A stretch of 63,996 nucleotides of DNA, the filler included, from Nanobdellati archaeon (GTDB lineage: Archaea > Nanobdellota > Nanobdellia > Woesearchaeales > JAADFO01): the NCBI GenBank assembly GCA_013152815.1. It is 4 parts of 4 records of this genome, joined end to end, with 100 filler letters (N's around TTAATTAATTAA, not from the genome) between each part and the next. Parts side by side here need not be neighbours in the genome. Positions count along the whole stretch, not along the records: positions 55,505 to 60,528 come from JAADFO010000032.1; positions 60,629 to 63,996 come from JAADFO010000052.1; 2 more parts are not named here. One strand, given 5' to 3'. Below are positions 55,681-63,996 of the stretch, in pieces (position 1 is the stretch's first letter; each line of letters opens with the position of its first letter). The notes below the pieces were generated by a model. That model was not told the origin of the DNA, made no database searches, and was given only the letters and a program-made list of their open reading frames with translations. The position numbers and the translations under genes are program-made.

Positions 55681-55926
55681 TGCGTGATGAGAAATATGCG
55701 GCTCTGATCTTTCTCAACGCTGCTCCGTGGACAGAGTTTGTGATATAATTCAGTCACGCGGAAGATAACGGGAGAGAGTTCCATATCAGGCCGGAGCATA
55801 GCATGAAGGCGTCAGTCAAGCGGTTGTTATGACAAAGGCAGTTCACAGAGCGGGGCAGTATCCACCCCATGTTTAAGCACCCACACGATCCGTGAAACAC
55901 TTCCTTCTCATCACGGCAGCTGCAGC

Positions 55927-55942
55927 GGTGATTTGAATCACA
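55927..55942. promoter_or_regulatory. Crp/Fnr-type binding site
   Basis: GGTGA-TTTGAA-TCACA, one mismatch to TGTGA-N6-TCACA; a Crp/Fnr gene lies nearby. Confidence 0.55.
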
Positions 55943-56025
55943 TCATTGCCCGGAAAGACCTGTTATGATCTAATCAGATACCAAGATTGAAAGGCTTGTT
56001 CACGGACTTGCGGAACTAAACACAC

Positions 56026-56463
56026 ATGACCATGATTAAAAAGAGAAGAAAGCCATTGGCCGTCCTTCCGCACGCCGTTATTATATCTCTGACAATGATC
56101 CTCCTCGCCTTATCCGGTTGTGGAGCAGGCGACAGCGGCATTACGGGCTTAACAGGGGATGGAAGCAGCAGTGCTGATGACCTGACCAATGCAAAACTGC
56201 AGTGGGATGCTCCGACCACCAACGAGGACGGGACACCGCTGACCGACCTCAAAGGCTACAAGGTCTATTTTGGCCCCTCTTCAGGTGATTATCAGTACTC
56301 CATCGACGTAGGAGACGAGACATCCGTCCCTCTCTCTACCATAGTGGATTCCCTCGATGATATCCCTCCCACCCTCTGTGTTGTTGTCACCGCCTATGAC
56401 ACCTATGGAAACGAAAGTGACTATTCCAACGAGGTCTGTAAGGATATCATCCCCGCCGGATGA
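56026..56463 (+). CDS. Lipoprotein with fibronectin type III domain
   Basis: LSGC lipobox; LQWDAPTTNEDGTPLTDLKGYKVYFG...VTAYD..GNESDYSNEV. Confidence 0.85.
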   Translation: MTMIKKRRKPLAVLPHAVIISLTMILLALSGCGAGDSGITGLTGDGSSSADDLTNAKLQWDAPTTNEDGTPLTDLKGYKVYFGPSSGDYQYSIDVGDETSVPLSTIVDSLDDIPPTLCVVVTAYDTYGNESDYSNEVCKDIIPAG

Positions 56464-56837
56464 CAGGACAGGCTTTATTGCTACAGGTAAAAACATGTCG
56501 ACGCTTCCTTGACACTCCCGTTGCGTCTCAACACTCAACCTATCCCTCACTGCGGTTGGGGGAGAGCCCCTACCCTTGTAAAACCCTGTATCCGGTCTCA
56601 TCAAGTCACGGCGGACAAACCGGAATGCACTGACGACCTCCCTCAACTACCCCCTTGAGATCAGAAGTGTCTTGTACACCACGAACGTCCTGCTCGAACC
56701 CGTGAACACGGTAAGCTTTCCATTCCGATGAAGCTGTGCTAAAATGCCTGTATATGGCGGCAGTGGACTTGATGCTCCACCCTGCAATTCCGGGAAAAAG
56801 CTGCCGGACCTGTTTATAGGGAGACGCGTATATTTTC

Positions 56838-57545
56838 ATGAAGGAAAAGCCCGAAACTGAATTCCTGAAAAGGATAGATCTCTTTTCTTCATTGAGCGAT
56901 GACGAGCTGCGTGATATCAGCACTAGGATGACAATAAAAAAGTTCAAGAAGAATCAGACAATCCTTTACGAGGAAGACACCAATAAGTATATGTATGTAA
57001 TCTTCGACGGAGAGGTGAAAGCGGTTCAAACGACCGCAGATGGAAAGGAGATAATCCTTGCAATGCATGGTACCGGGGATTTCTTCGGGGAGATATCACT
57101 GCTCGACGGCAAGACGATACCTGCAAGGGTAGTGGCGATGAAGGATTCCATCATAGCCATTATTTCAAAAAGGGACTTCTACTTTTTGCTCGGTTACAAC
57201 AAGGTAGCCATAAAGATGTCACAGATACTGTGCTCCCGGCTTCGTGAATCATGGTCCAAGGTGCAGATGCTGAACTTCAACAACGCTTCTCAAAGGGTGA
57301 AGATGTTATTGATCATGTTGTCTGACAAGTATGGGAGCAAGTCTGACGGAGGGACAATACTAAACATCAAGCTTACACACCAGGACATTGCGGAGATGAG
57401 CGGCATGACGAGGGAGACTGTCACGAGAGTGATCGACAAGTTGCAGAAGGGCGGGGAGATAGAGGTTCTCAGCAACAGGTTCATACGCCTGACCCCTGAT
57501 TTCTGCAGGGAGTTCAAGCATTACCCCTGGAATAGTCATGAATAG
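56838..57545 (+). CDS. Crp/Fnr family transcriptional regulator
   Basis: GDFFGEISLLDG cNMP domain; LTHQDIAEMSGMTRETVTR HTH. Confidence 0.93.
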   Translation: MKEKPETEFLKRIDLFSSLSDDELRDISTRMTIKKFKKNQTILYEEDTNKYMYVIFDGEVKAVQTTADGKEIILAMHGTGDFFGEISLLDGKTIPARVVAMKDSIIAIISKRDFYFLLGYNKVAIKMSQILCSRLRESWSKVQMLNFNNASQRVKMLLIMLSDKYGSKSDGGTILNIKLTHQDIAEMSGMTRETVTRVIDKLQKGGEIEVLSNRFIRLTPDFCREFKHYPWNSHE

Positions 57546-57670
57546 CGCCGGCAGTTCAAGTCTCGACGGGAAAGATGCTGCAGTGAGATGAATTCAGATC
57601 TTTCACTGTCGAACCGTTTTCTCACCCATCCACAAGCCTGACGTCTTTTCCGAAAGCTTTACAAACTGTT

Positions 57671-58312
57671 TCAGCCCTTTCTGATGCCCTTGACGCCGAG
57701 GGCACCGGCCAGGATGGTGCCGAAGAGTATGAACGTGGAAGGCTCGGGCACGGCAGTTGGGCTTTTCTGGAGGGTTACGGTTGCAATGATCGTATCTTCA
57801 TCACCGGGGAAATAACAGCTATATCCATATCCGCAAGTGGTGTCGCTGCCCGTCGACGGATAGGCATAGACATCACCCAGCTGGAGGGTAAAGAGCCCGT
57901 CGGTACCGAATGCAACGTCTACGGGATCGAAATACATCCAGAACTCTTCAGAACTCATCCCGCACTGACCGGACACCTCTATGGTCTTGACCGTCGCATC
58001 GTTCTGGACCACCATCTCTTCAGGCAGTATGAAACTGAGGTAGGCGGTGATGCTGTATGTATCCTTGTCGACAAGGGCCATGATGCTCGTTATGGTCGCG
58101 AAATCAAACTGAAAGGACTCTTTCTCCTCCAGGGCAAAGGTGGTGCCGGACAGTCCCGAACTGATTTCGTAATTGATCGAAAGCTCAGTTGTGTCGTAGC
58201 CGAGTGAGTTGTCGGCATCGCCGAGTTCGAAGTCGACAACGGTGGCGTCGGCGACCGGGAGGGTTCCGAAGAACACCAGGGCGAGGCTCAGGGCCAGAAT
58301 AATTCGGCTCAC
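57671..58312 (-). CDS. PEP-CTERM sorting domain protein
   Basis: Signal peptide; VPEPSTFILFGTILAGALGVKGIRKG; AGGAGG-like SD (GAGAGG). Confidence 0.92.
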   Translation of the reverse strand: MSRIILALSLALVFFGTLPVADATVVDFELGDADNSLGYDTTELSINYEISSGLSGTTFALEEKESFQFDFATITSIMALVDKDTYSITAYLSFILPEEMVVQNDATVKTIEVSGQCGMSSEEFWMYFDPVDVAFGTDGLFTLQLGDVYAYPSTGSDTTCGYGYSCYFPGDEDTIIATVTLQKSPTAVPEPSTFILFGTILAGALGVKGIRKG

Positions 58313-58406
58313 GTCAGCCTCTCCCTATGCCTTTGACATAATTAATGCCCATGATGCCGTATTAATAGCATAAACCGACAACTTTGTCAAGTTTTTTATG
58401 TTTTTC

Positions 58407-59339
58407 TTAATTTTTTCCCGCCCTGCTCGCCCTCATGTCAGTTCTCGCCAGCACCCACAGAAGGGGCAGGAGGAGCAGGACGGCGAGGCCGAGGAAGAGA
58501 ATGCCGCCGTTGCGGTGCAGGAGGCTGTTGGTGAGAAAGGTCTCATTCACGTATTCTCCAAGGAGTGCCAGGGTCACGATCCTGAGACCGTTCTTCACGA
58601 CACTGACGGGAAAGACTGACAGGGAGAGGAGGACCTTCTTCCATCCCCTGCGGAGAAAGACGTGGCCAGCGATGATGCTGGAGATAAAGAGGACGAGGGT
58701 CGACCGGATACCGCTGCACTGTTCTGCAACCTCTATGCTGAGGGATGGCAGATGAAAGACCTGACCCTCCCTCATTGCCGGCACCCCCGTGAGCATGAAG
58801 AGGAAACCCGCGACCTCTGCAGAGCCTGCCTGGAGCAGATGAATGAGCCACGCCAGCACCGCCGAGGGGAGGGGTATCATGAACAGCAGGTAGAGGAGCG
58901 GGAAGAGCGAGGCCTTGAATGCCCCTGCCCCATATGACCAGAGGAACGCGCCGTACCAGAAGACGAGGGCCGCCAGGGCCATGAGTGACAGACGGTCGTT
59001 CCCCTCGAGACCGCCCCCCCGATCCACGACGGTCAGAAAGAGTATCAGGCCCGCCACCATGACCATGGCTCCGGCCACAAAGGAAGGCCTCCCGTCAAAG
59101 GGCATGCTCTTCCTCTCCAGACAAAAGAAGTAGCCGCTTACCGCAGGGACCAGTATGATGTGCGAATAGAGGCTCTCGCGGAAGGAAAGCTCAAGGAGGC
59201 TTCTCAGTGGGGTATGGAAGATCGCGAGGGTGAGGAGGGTGAGGAAAAGGAAGGAGGGATGGGCCGGGATCTTCTTTCTCCCTGCCGGCACACGCCTCTG
59301 TTCAGGAGGAGTCTTCAAGGTACGATCACCGCAGTGCAT
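58407..59339 (-). CDS. Exosortase (EpsH/XrtA family)
   Basis: YSHIILVP, LLFMIPLP, VAEQCSGIRS, NGLRI, LHRNGG (Cys/Arg/His residues); start approximate. Confidence 0.93.
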   Translation of the reverse strand: MHCGDRTLKTPPEQRRVPAGRKKIPAHPSFLFLTLLTLAIFHTPLRSLLELSFRESLYSHIILVPAVSGYFFCLERKSMPFDGRPSFVAGAMVMVAGLILFLTVVDRGGGLEGNDRLSLMALAALVFWYGAFLWSYGAGAFKASLFPLLYLLFMIPLPSAVLAWLIHLLQAGSAEVAGFLFMLTGVPAMREGQVFHLPSLSIEVAEQCSGIRSTLVLFISSIIAGHVFLRRGWKKVLLSLSVFPVSVVKNGLRIVTLALLGEYVNETFLTNSLLHRNGGILFLGLAVLLLLPLLWVLARTDMRASRAGKN

Positions 59340-59452
59340 AGCCTGTGGAGAGGTGGTTGATCCTTGTGCATTCCCTGCGTGATGCTGTACAATTGGGAGG
59401 AAGTGAGGGGATACAAAATGCCTCGAAAGAAACAGAGGAAAGATCGACTCGA

Positions 59453-60528
59453 ATGAAATCATTTGCCACAAGAAACCGTGGAACAAAGCGCCTATGTCTC
59501 CTCTGCCTCCTTGTAACCGGCCTGATCTTTCTTGCAGGACTCTGGCCCATGAACTTCATCCCCAAAAACAAGGTCACATGGCTGAAAAGGGAAAGGGGGC
59601 TCCACTTCAGCGGCCGCGGTATCGCATACTCGCCAGGCGCATACGAGGGCACACATAGTTACCTCCCGGCAATGGACGCCTTCAGTATCGAGCTCTTCTT
59701 CCGGCCCCTGAAAGACCATACCTGCTCCGTGGCCCCACTCCTATCATTCGTCGACGAGGGAGAATCCCCGATGCTCATGATCGGGCAGTGGCGCTCCCAT
59801 GTCATCATACTCGCCAAGGGCCGGGAGATCGATTCCGGGAACATCCTCACTATAGGCAAGAGGGCTCTTGTGACGATCACGACAGGGCAACAGGGAACCA
59901 CCCTGTATATCGACGGAAGGGCGGTGAGGCTCTATCCCGGCTTCAGTCTGGCCGGCCCGCAAGGGATTCCATTACGGATCGTCCTCGGCAACAGCCCCAC
60001 CGGGAAGGCCCACTGGACCGGCGATATCCTAGGCCTGGCCGTCTATGACAGGACCTTGAAGGCGGACGAAACATACCTAGACCACCGGGCATGGGCATCA
60101 GGAAACCCGAAAGCATTGCTCGAGAACAGGGGCATTGTCTCACTCTACGTCTTCAGTGAAGGGAATGGACACTCGGTGGCCGACCTGACCGGAAAGAGAC
60201 GGGACATCCTGGTGCCCGCCGCCTTCCGGATACTGAAAGAAGAGAGGTTGATACCGATCTGGAAGGACTTCCGCCTGAACAGGTCCTACATTACAGATAT
60301 AGCAGTAAATATCGCAGGCTTTGTCCCCTTCGGCTTCATTCTCGCCTTTCTGCTTCACTCCCTCAGGAAGCCCTCCCGTCAGGGGATGTACCTGACGGCC
60401 CTCTTCGCCTCGGGAACAGTAAGCCTCACCATTGAGCTTCTCCAGGTCTATCTGCCCTCGAGGAGTTCCCAGATGAGTGACCTCATATTCAATATCCTCG
60501 GCACGATCCTCGGCGTCGCCCTCTTCCG
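59453..60528 (+). CDS. LamG-like domain plus VanZ-family membrane protein (3' truncated)
   Basis: TLYIDG, LGNSP...WTGDI...YDRTL; DIAVNIAGFVPFG...SLTIELLQVYLPSR...DLIFNILG. Confidence 0.85.
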
Positions 60529-60628
60529 NNNNNNNNNNNNNNNNNNNNNNNNNNNNNNNNNNNNNNNNNNNNTTAATTAATTAANNNNNNNNNNNNNNNN
60601 NNNNNNNNNNNNNNNNNNNNNNNNNNNN
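60529..60628. other. Artificial contig spacer
   Basis: N-run, TTAATTAATTAA, N-run. Confidence 0.98.
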
Positions 60629-60631
60629 GAA

Positions 60632-60715
60632 CGCCGTGGCCCGGATTTGAACCGGGATATCCCAAAGGAAACAAGCTTTCCAGGCTTGCGCAGTACCAGA
60701 TTGTGCCACCACGGC
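60632..60715 (-). tRNA. tRNA-Ser(GGA)
   Basis: GCCGTGG/CCACGGC acceptor stem, CAAGC-CT-GGA-AA-GCTTG anticodon arm, long variable arm, TTCAAAT T-loop, no encoded CCA. Confidence 0.95.
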
Positions 60716-60790
60716 AGGATACTTGATGAGCCAGGGCCTCTTTAAAAAAGTTATTGTTCTCAGGAATCGGGTCATACCAGAGGTCATACC

Positions 60791-61456
60791 CTATCTGTTG
60801 AGGATGAGTATGTTCCCCTTTCCCTGCTTGATCTTCTTGAGACGACCATCATGCGCAAGTTCTGTCACCATGAGGGATATCTTGGCCTCAGACAGGGGAA
60901 ATTCCGTGCGAAGGTCCTTCTGGGAGACCCTGCCACCGTGGTCTTTGATGAACTGGAGGATCTTTCCCAGCTCTTCATCATCCACCGACCCTTTCACATC
61001 ATCGCGCCGATAGAAATAGAAGATCAGGAGGAGGAAGGTGATGAGGACCGCGAAGATCAGGAGCAGCCACTGGAAATGCGGGATCGACCGTCGGATGATG
61101 AGGCTGTCGAGACTGACGTTGTCCAGGCCGGCATCACCGTCGACAACAGGAAAGAGGATGAGATCGATGATGAACCTGCGGTCCTCTGTAACCAGGACAG
61201 GTTCCTTTGCCACAAGCTCCCCTTCATCCGATGGATGGTGCGCCTCTATGAGATAGCTTCCTTCAGAGACCTCGAAGGCATAGATGCCTTCTTTGGCCAC
61301 ATAGGTCTGCTTCGGGGTCGAATTGATGGTCACGACCACATCCTTGAGAGGTTCGAGGGAGAGATCATAGATGGCTCCGCCGACTGTGGCCCCCCGGACA
61401 AGAGGAAAGAGGAGAAGCAGCACACCTAGGACGAGAAGGCCCCTTTTTTGTTCCAT
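60791..61456 (-). CDS. Membrane protein with extracellular beta-sandwich and C-terminal wHTH (COG2512-like)
   Basis: Signal, one TM, then GGRVSQKDLRTEFPLSEAKISLMVTEL...KQGKGN. Confidence 0.85.
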   Translation of the reverse strand: MEQKRGLLVLGVLLLLFPLVRGATVGGAIYDLSLEPLKDVVVTINSTPKQTYVAKEGIYAFEVSEGSYLIEAHHPSDEGELVAKEPVLVTEDRRFIIDLILFPVVDGDAGLDNVSLDSLIIRRSIPHFQWLLLIFAVLITFLLLIFYFYRRDDVKGSVDDEELGKILQFIKDHGGRVSQKDLRTEFPLSEAKISLMVTELAHDGRLKKIKQGKGNILILNR

Positions 61457-61629
61457 GCAAGGTCATTCTCCCAGAAAATATTTAATGATTTCGGATAAAG
61501 GAAAAGAAGGACGCATCAAGTGTCGTAAAGGCAAAGAAGGGGTTTCTGACCCTTTTTCTGGTGGAAAAGTAAGTTTCTTTAAATAGTATCCTGGCCATCG
61601 AAAGAGCATCGAACTTGGAGGTCGTATAC

Positions 61630-63660
61630 ATGCAAAACCGAAAGAGGAACCGATTTTATATCATGATGATGATAAGCCTGCTCCTGATGAGCGTCTTTGC
61701 TGCTGCGCTGGTCGCGGCAGAGGGATCAGATGGGTCAGATGATGGACAGGATGATGGCATGAACGCCATCAGGGATCATAATCCGCGTGTTCTTCGCGCT
61801 GAAGCTCTCAGAGAAGCGAGGAAGATCACCGCCCGGAACATCCAGCAGCAGAGACAGACGGCAGAGCGCCTGAACAAGGCTGTGGTCGCCTATGTGAACG
61901 CTGAGGCGAAGAAGGAGAAGACCCTGGAAGCGTGCGTCGACAAGACGACTGAGCATTTCCCTGATGCGCCGCTCATCGTGGTCAACAGGCTATGCAGCCC
62001 ACATTATCTCGACACCATAAAGGACGCTCTCAGACGGGAGGGATTCGACGATGCGAAGATAAAGGACATCCTGACCATAGACAAGGAAGAGCGGCAGAAG
62101 CTACTGGCCATGAACAGGGAACGGCTCAAGAGACTTGCTAAACTGGGCGAGGAGAGGTTCAAGGCAGCCACCAAGCTCACCCGCGCCCAGCTGAAGAGGA
62201 TCACCGACACCGACGAGGAGAGGGTCACGCGGGAGAAGGTGAAGGACTGGCTGAAGGAGAAGGAACGTTTCGTCAACAGGAACCTTGTCAACAGGAGGAT
62301 CGCTGTCTCTGTAAGAGGTGCTGCGATGAAGATCGTCGAGGATGCGAAGCACAGCATATCGGCGTTCAAGAGGACGCTCGACGATGAGAAGGATTTCCTG
62401 AAAGGCTCGAAAAGAAAGCTCAGGGAATGTTCTGACAGTGCAACCCAGGAATGCGACCAGCTCAGGGCAGAGGTGCTGGCCAGGTCCCAGAAGTACCTGC
62501 TCAATTTCATCGACATCACCATCAAGCATGCCGAGCAGGCAAAGGCACGGGTAGAGGCATCAGACCATATCGACAACGAGACAGCCAGTGACCTTATCGC
62601 AAAGATCGATGCGAGCATCGCCAGGATGGAAGAGGCGAGGACCAAGGCAGAGCAGGCCGAGACCAAGGATGACCTGCAGGAGGTCGCCAGGATCATCAAG
62701 GACGAATGGAGAAAGGCGAAAGGTTTCCTGCAGCACACCTATGAACGTCTCAAGGTGCAGCAGTACGGGAACATCATCGCCAAGGCAACCCTGCTTGAAG
62801 ACAAATTGGATGATATCATCGCCAGGATGGAAGCGAACGGACAGGACGTCGAAGGCATCGATGCCATGGTGACCGACTTCTCGGTCTTCGTGGATACGGC
62901 AAAGACAGAGTATGAGACCGCCCGCGACCTCATCGAGCAGCAATGGAAAGCGCTGGACGATTCCTTGAACGAGACCGAGACAGAAGGGCTTCTGGAGCAG
63001 GCGAAGGAGCATCTCGGGAAGGCCAAGGAAGCGCTCAAGAGCGCACAGGAGAAGCTTCGGGAGATCGTCGCCGCAGTGAATGCCGCCGGCGGCACCATCC
63101 AGGACCCTGACCGTCCAACATATACGCCCGGAGAGGAACTCGGATTCTTCATCTGGCAGAACGGAGACGTGTGGAACATCTGCGCGTCTGGAGATGGCCA
63201 ATGGCACAGGTACAAGGCAGAGATCGCTGCAGACCAGGGATTCTGCCGTGTAAGGCCTTACAAGTACGAGATGAACGACCATCTACGCAAGGGCAGCGAC
63301 ACGCTTGTAGGATGGGGTGCGGTTGGTCCTCATCAGGACTGCCTTGCATTCACGACCCCGGGAACAGAGGTGAGCTTTGACCTGAAGATGGACGATGCAG
63401 CAGCCGATGCCTATGCAGGAAAGGACAGGGAACAGCACGCAGGAAGCTTCGCGCTCCAGGGCGTGGCGAGTTCCTGCACTCCCAGGGAGCCTCAGGTGGT
63501 CCTGTGCACGACAGATTACACACCGATGTGCGGCATCGACGGCAAGACCTACGGCAACGCATGCAATCTCGACGCAGCCGATGTCGGGCTGGCCTATGAA
63601 GGAGAGTGCCAGAACGACACTGAACTGGAGAATGAGCTTGAGATCGAGGCTGAAGGGTGA
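61630..63660 (+). CDS. Secreted coiled-coil protein with C-terminal Kazal-type domain
   Basis: GGAGGT SD; signal peptide; long helical region; CTTDYTPMCGIDGKTYGNAC...YEGEC. Confidence 0.85.
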   Translation: MQNRKRNRFYIMMMISLLLMSVFAAALVAAEGSDGSDDGQDDGMNAIRDHNPRVLRAEALREARKITARNIQQQRQTAERLNKAVVAYVNAEAKKEKTLEACVDKTTEHFPDAPLIVVNRLCSPHYLDTIKDALRREGFDDAKIKDILTIDKEERQKLLAMNRERLKRLAKLGEERFKAATKLTRAQLKRITDTDEERVTREKVKDWLKEKERFVNRNLVNRRIAVSVRGAAMKIVEDAKHSISAFKRTLDDEKDFLKGSKRKLRECSDSATQECDQLRAEVLARSQKYLLNFIDITIKHAEQAKARVEASDHIDNETASDLIAKIDASIARMEEARTKAEQAETKDDLQEVARIIKDEWRKAKGFLQHTYERLKVQQYGNIIAKATLLEDKLDDIIARMEANGQDVEGIDAMVTDFSVFVDTAKTEYETARDLIEQQWKALDDSLNETETEGLLEQAKEHLGKAKEALKSAQEKLREIVAAVNAAGGTIQDPDRPTYTPGEELGFFIWQNGDVWNICASGDGQWHRYKAEIAADQGFCRVRPYKYEMNDHLRKGSDTLVGWGAVGPHQDCLAFTTPGTEVSFDLKMDDAAADAYAGKDREQHAGSFALQGVASSCTPREPQVVLCTTDYTPMCGIDGKTYGNACNLDAADVGLAYEGECQNDTELENELEIEAEG

Positions 63661-63841
63661 ACCAGGGAAGAACTAACCAGGCATATATGTTTTTGAAGCA
63701 CATTGAAAAACACAAAGATGTGGGCCCCCTAACGTTTCCCCAAGGGGGCTCATATCCTTTTCTCTTTTTTCTCTTTATGTTCGTCAGGGGTAGATTTATA
63801 AAGGAAGTGGGGTTTTCAGCCTCCGATTGAGGATACAATAT

Positions 63842-63916
63842 GCCCCGTTGGTGTAGTCCGGCCAATCATACAGCCCTCTCGAGGCTGTGACTCGGGTTCG
63901 AATCCCGGACGGGGCA
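63842..63916 (+). tRNA. tRNA-Glu(CTC)
   Basis: GCCCCGT/ACGGGGC acceptor stem, CAGCC-CT-CTC-GA-GGCTG anticodon arm, TTCGAAT T-loop, no encoded CCA; TTTATAAA upstream. Confidence 0.96.
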
Positions 63917-63948
63917 TTCACTCTGCTCATGCCCCTACGGCGTTCGAA

Positions 63949-63984
63949 CGATGCTCAGAAATCTCCCAGATTTCTGGCACATCG
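63949..63984. repeat. REP-like palindrome related to 18682-18764
   Basis: CGATG-CT-CAGAAATCT-CCC-AGATTTCTG-GCA-CATCG. Confidence 0.6.
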
Positions 63985-63996
63985 CTCACTCACGTT

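Noticed and set aside
55681..55760. Possible Tn7 insertion at attTn7 downstream of glmS
   Set aside because: No TGT-starting end or repeated TnsB sites at the expected position, and no tns genes

Overview
The window is a concatenation of four contigs joined by artificial 100-nt N/TTAATTAATTAA spacers (30398-30497, 55405-55504, 60529-60628), so gene adjacency across those points means nothing. Segments 1, 2 and 4 are archaeal (ABCE1/RLI, Orc1/Cdc6, AglB/STT3, archaeal-type pilus ATPase and platform, TATA boxes, GAGGTGA Shine-Dalgarno sites, tRNA-Ser and tRNA-Glu without encoded CCA). The gene mix suggests a DPANN lineage such as Woesearchaeota (inference). Segment 3 (glmS end, FN3 lipoprotein, Crp/Fnr, PEP-CTERM, exosortase, VanZ) looks like a Gram-negative bacterial contig, probably binning contamination. 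The most notable observations are: (1) an ADP-heptose operon facing a ribbon-helix-helix/degenerate nucleotidyltransferase fusion, with four copies of an 8-bp operator-like motif between them; (2) a hidden operon of three micro-proteins missed by the ORF track; (3) a multi-TM membrane protein plus winged-helix module that occurs twice; (4) an outer-membrane-like beta-barrel protein in an archaeal contig; (5) two secreted proteins sharing a fibre-like C-terminal scaffold with different passenger domains; (6) an AglB-FKBP fusion; (7) an ABCE1 that has lost most ligands of one Fe-S cluster; (8) a MITE with a 9-bp target duplication; (9) tandem RHH micro-genes heading the pilus operon. All family assignments come from motif recognition by eye; no database searches were run.
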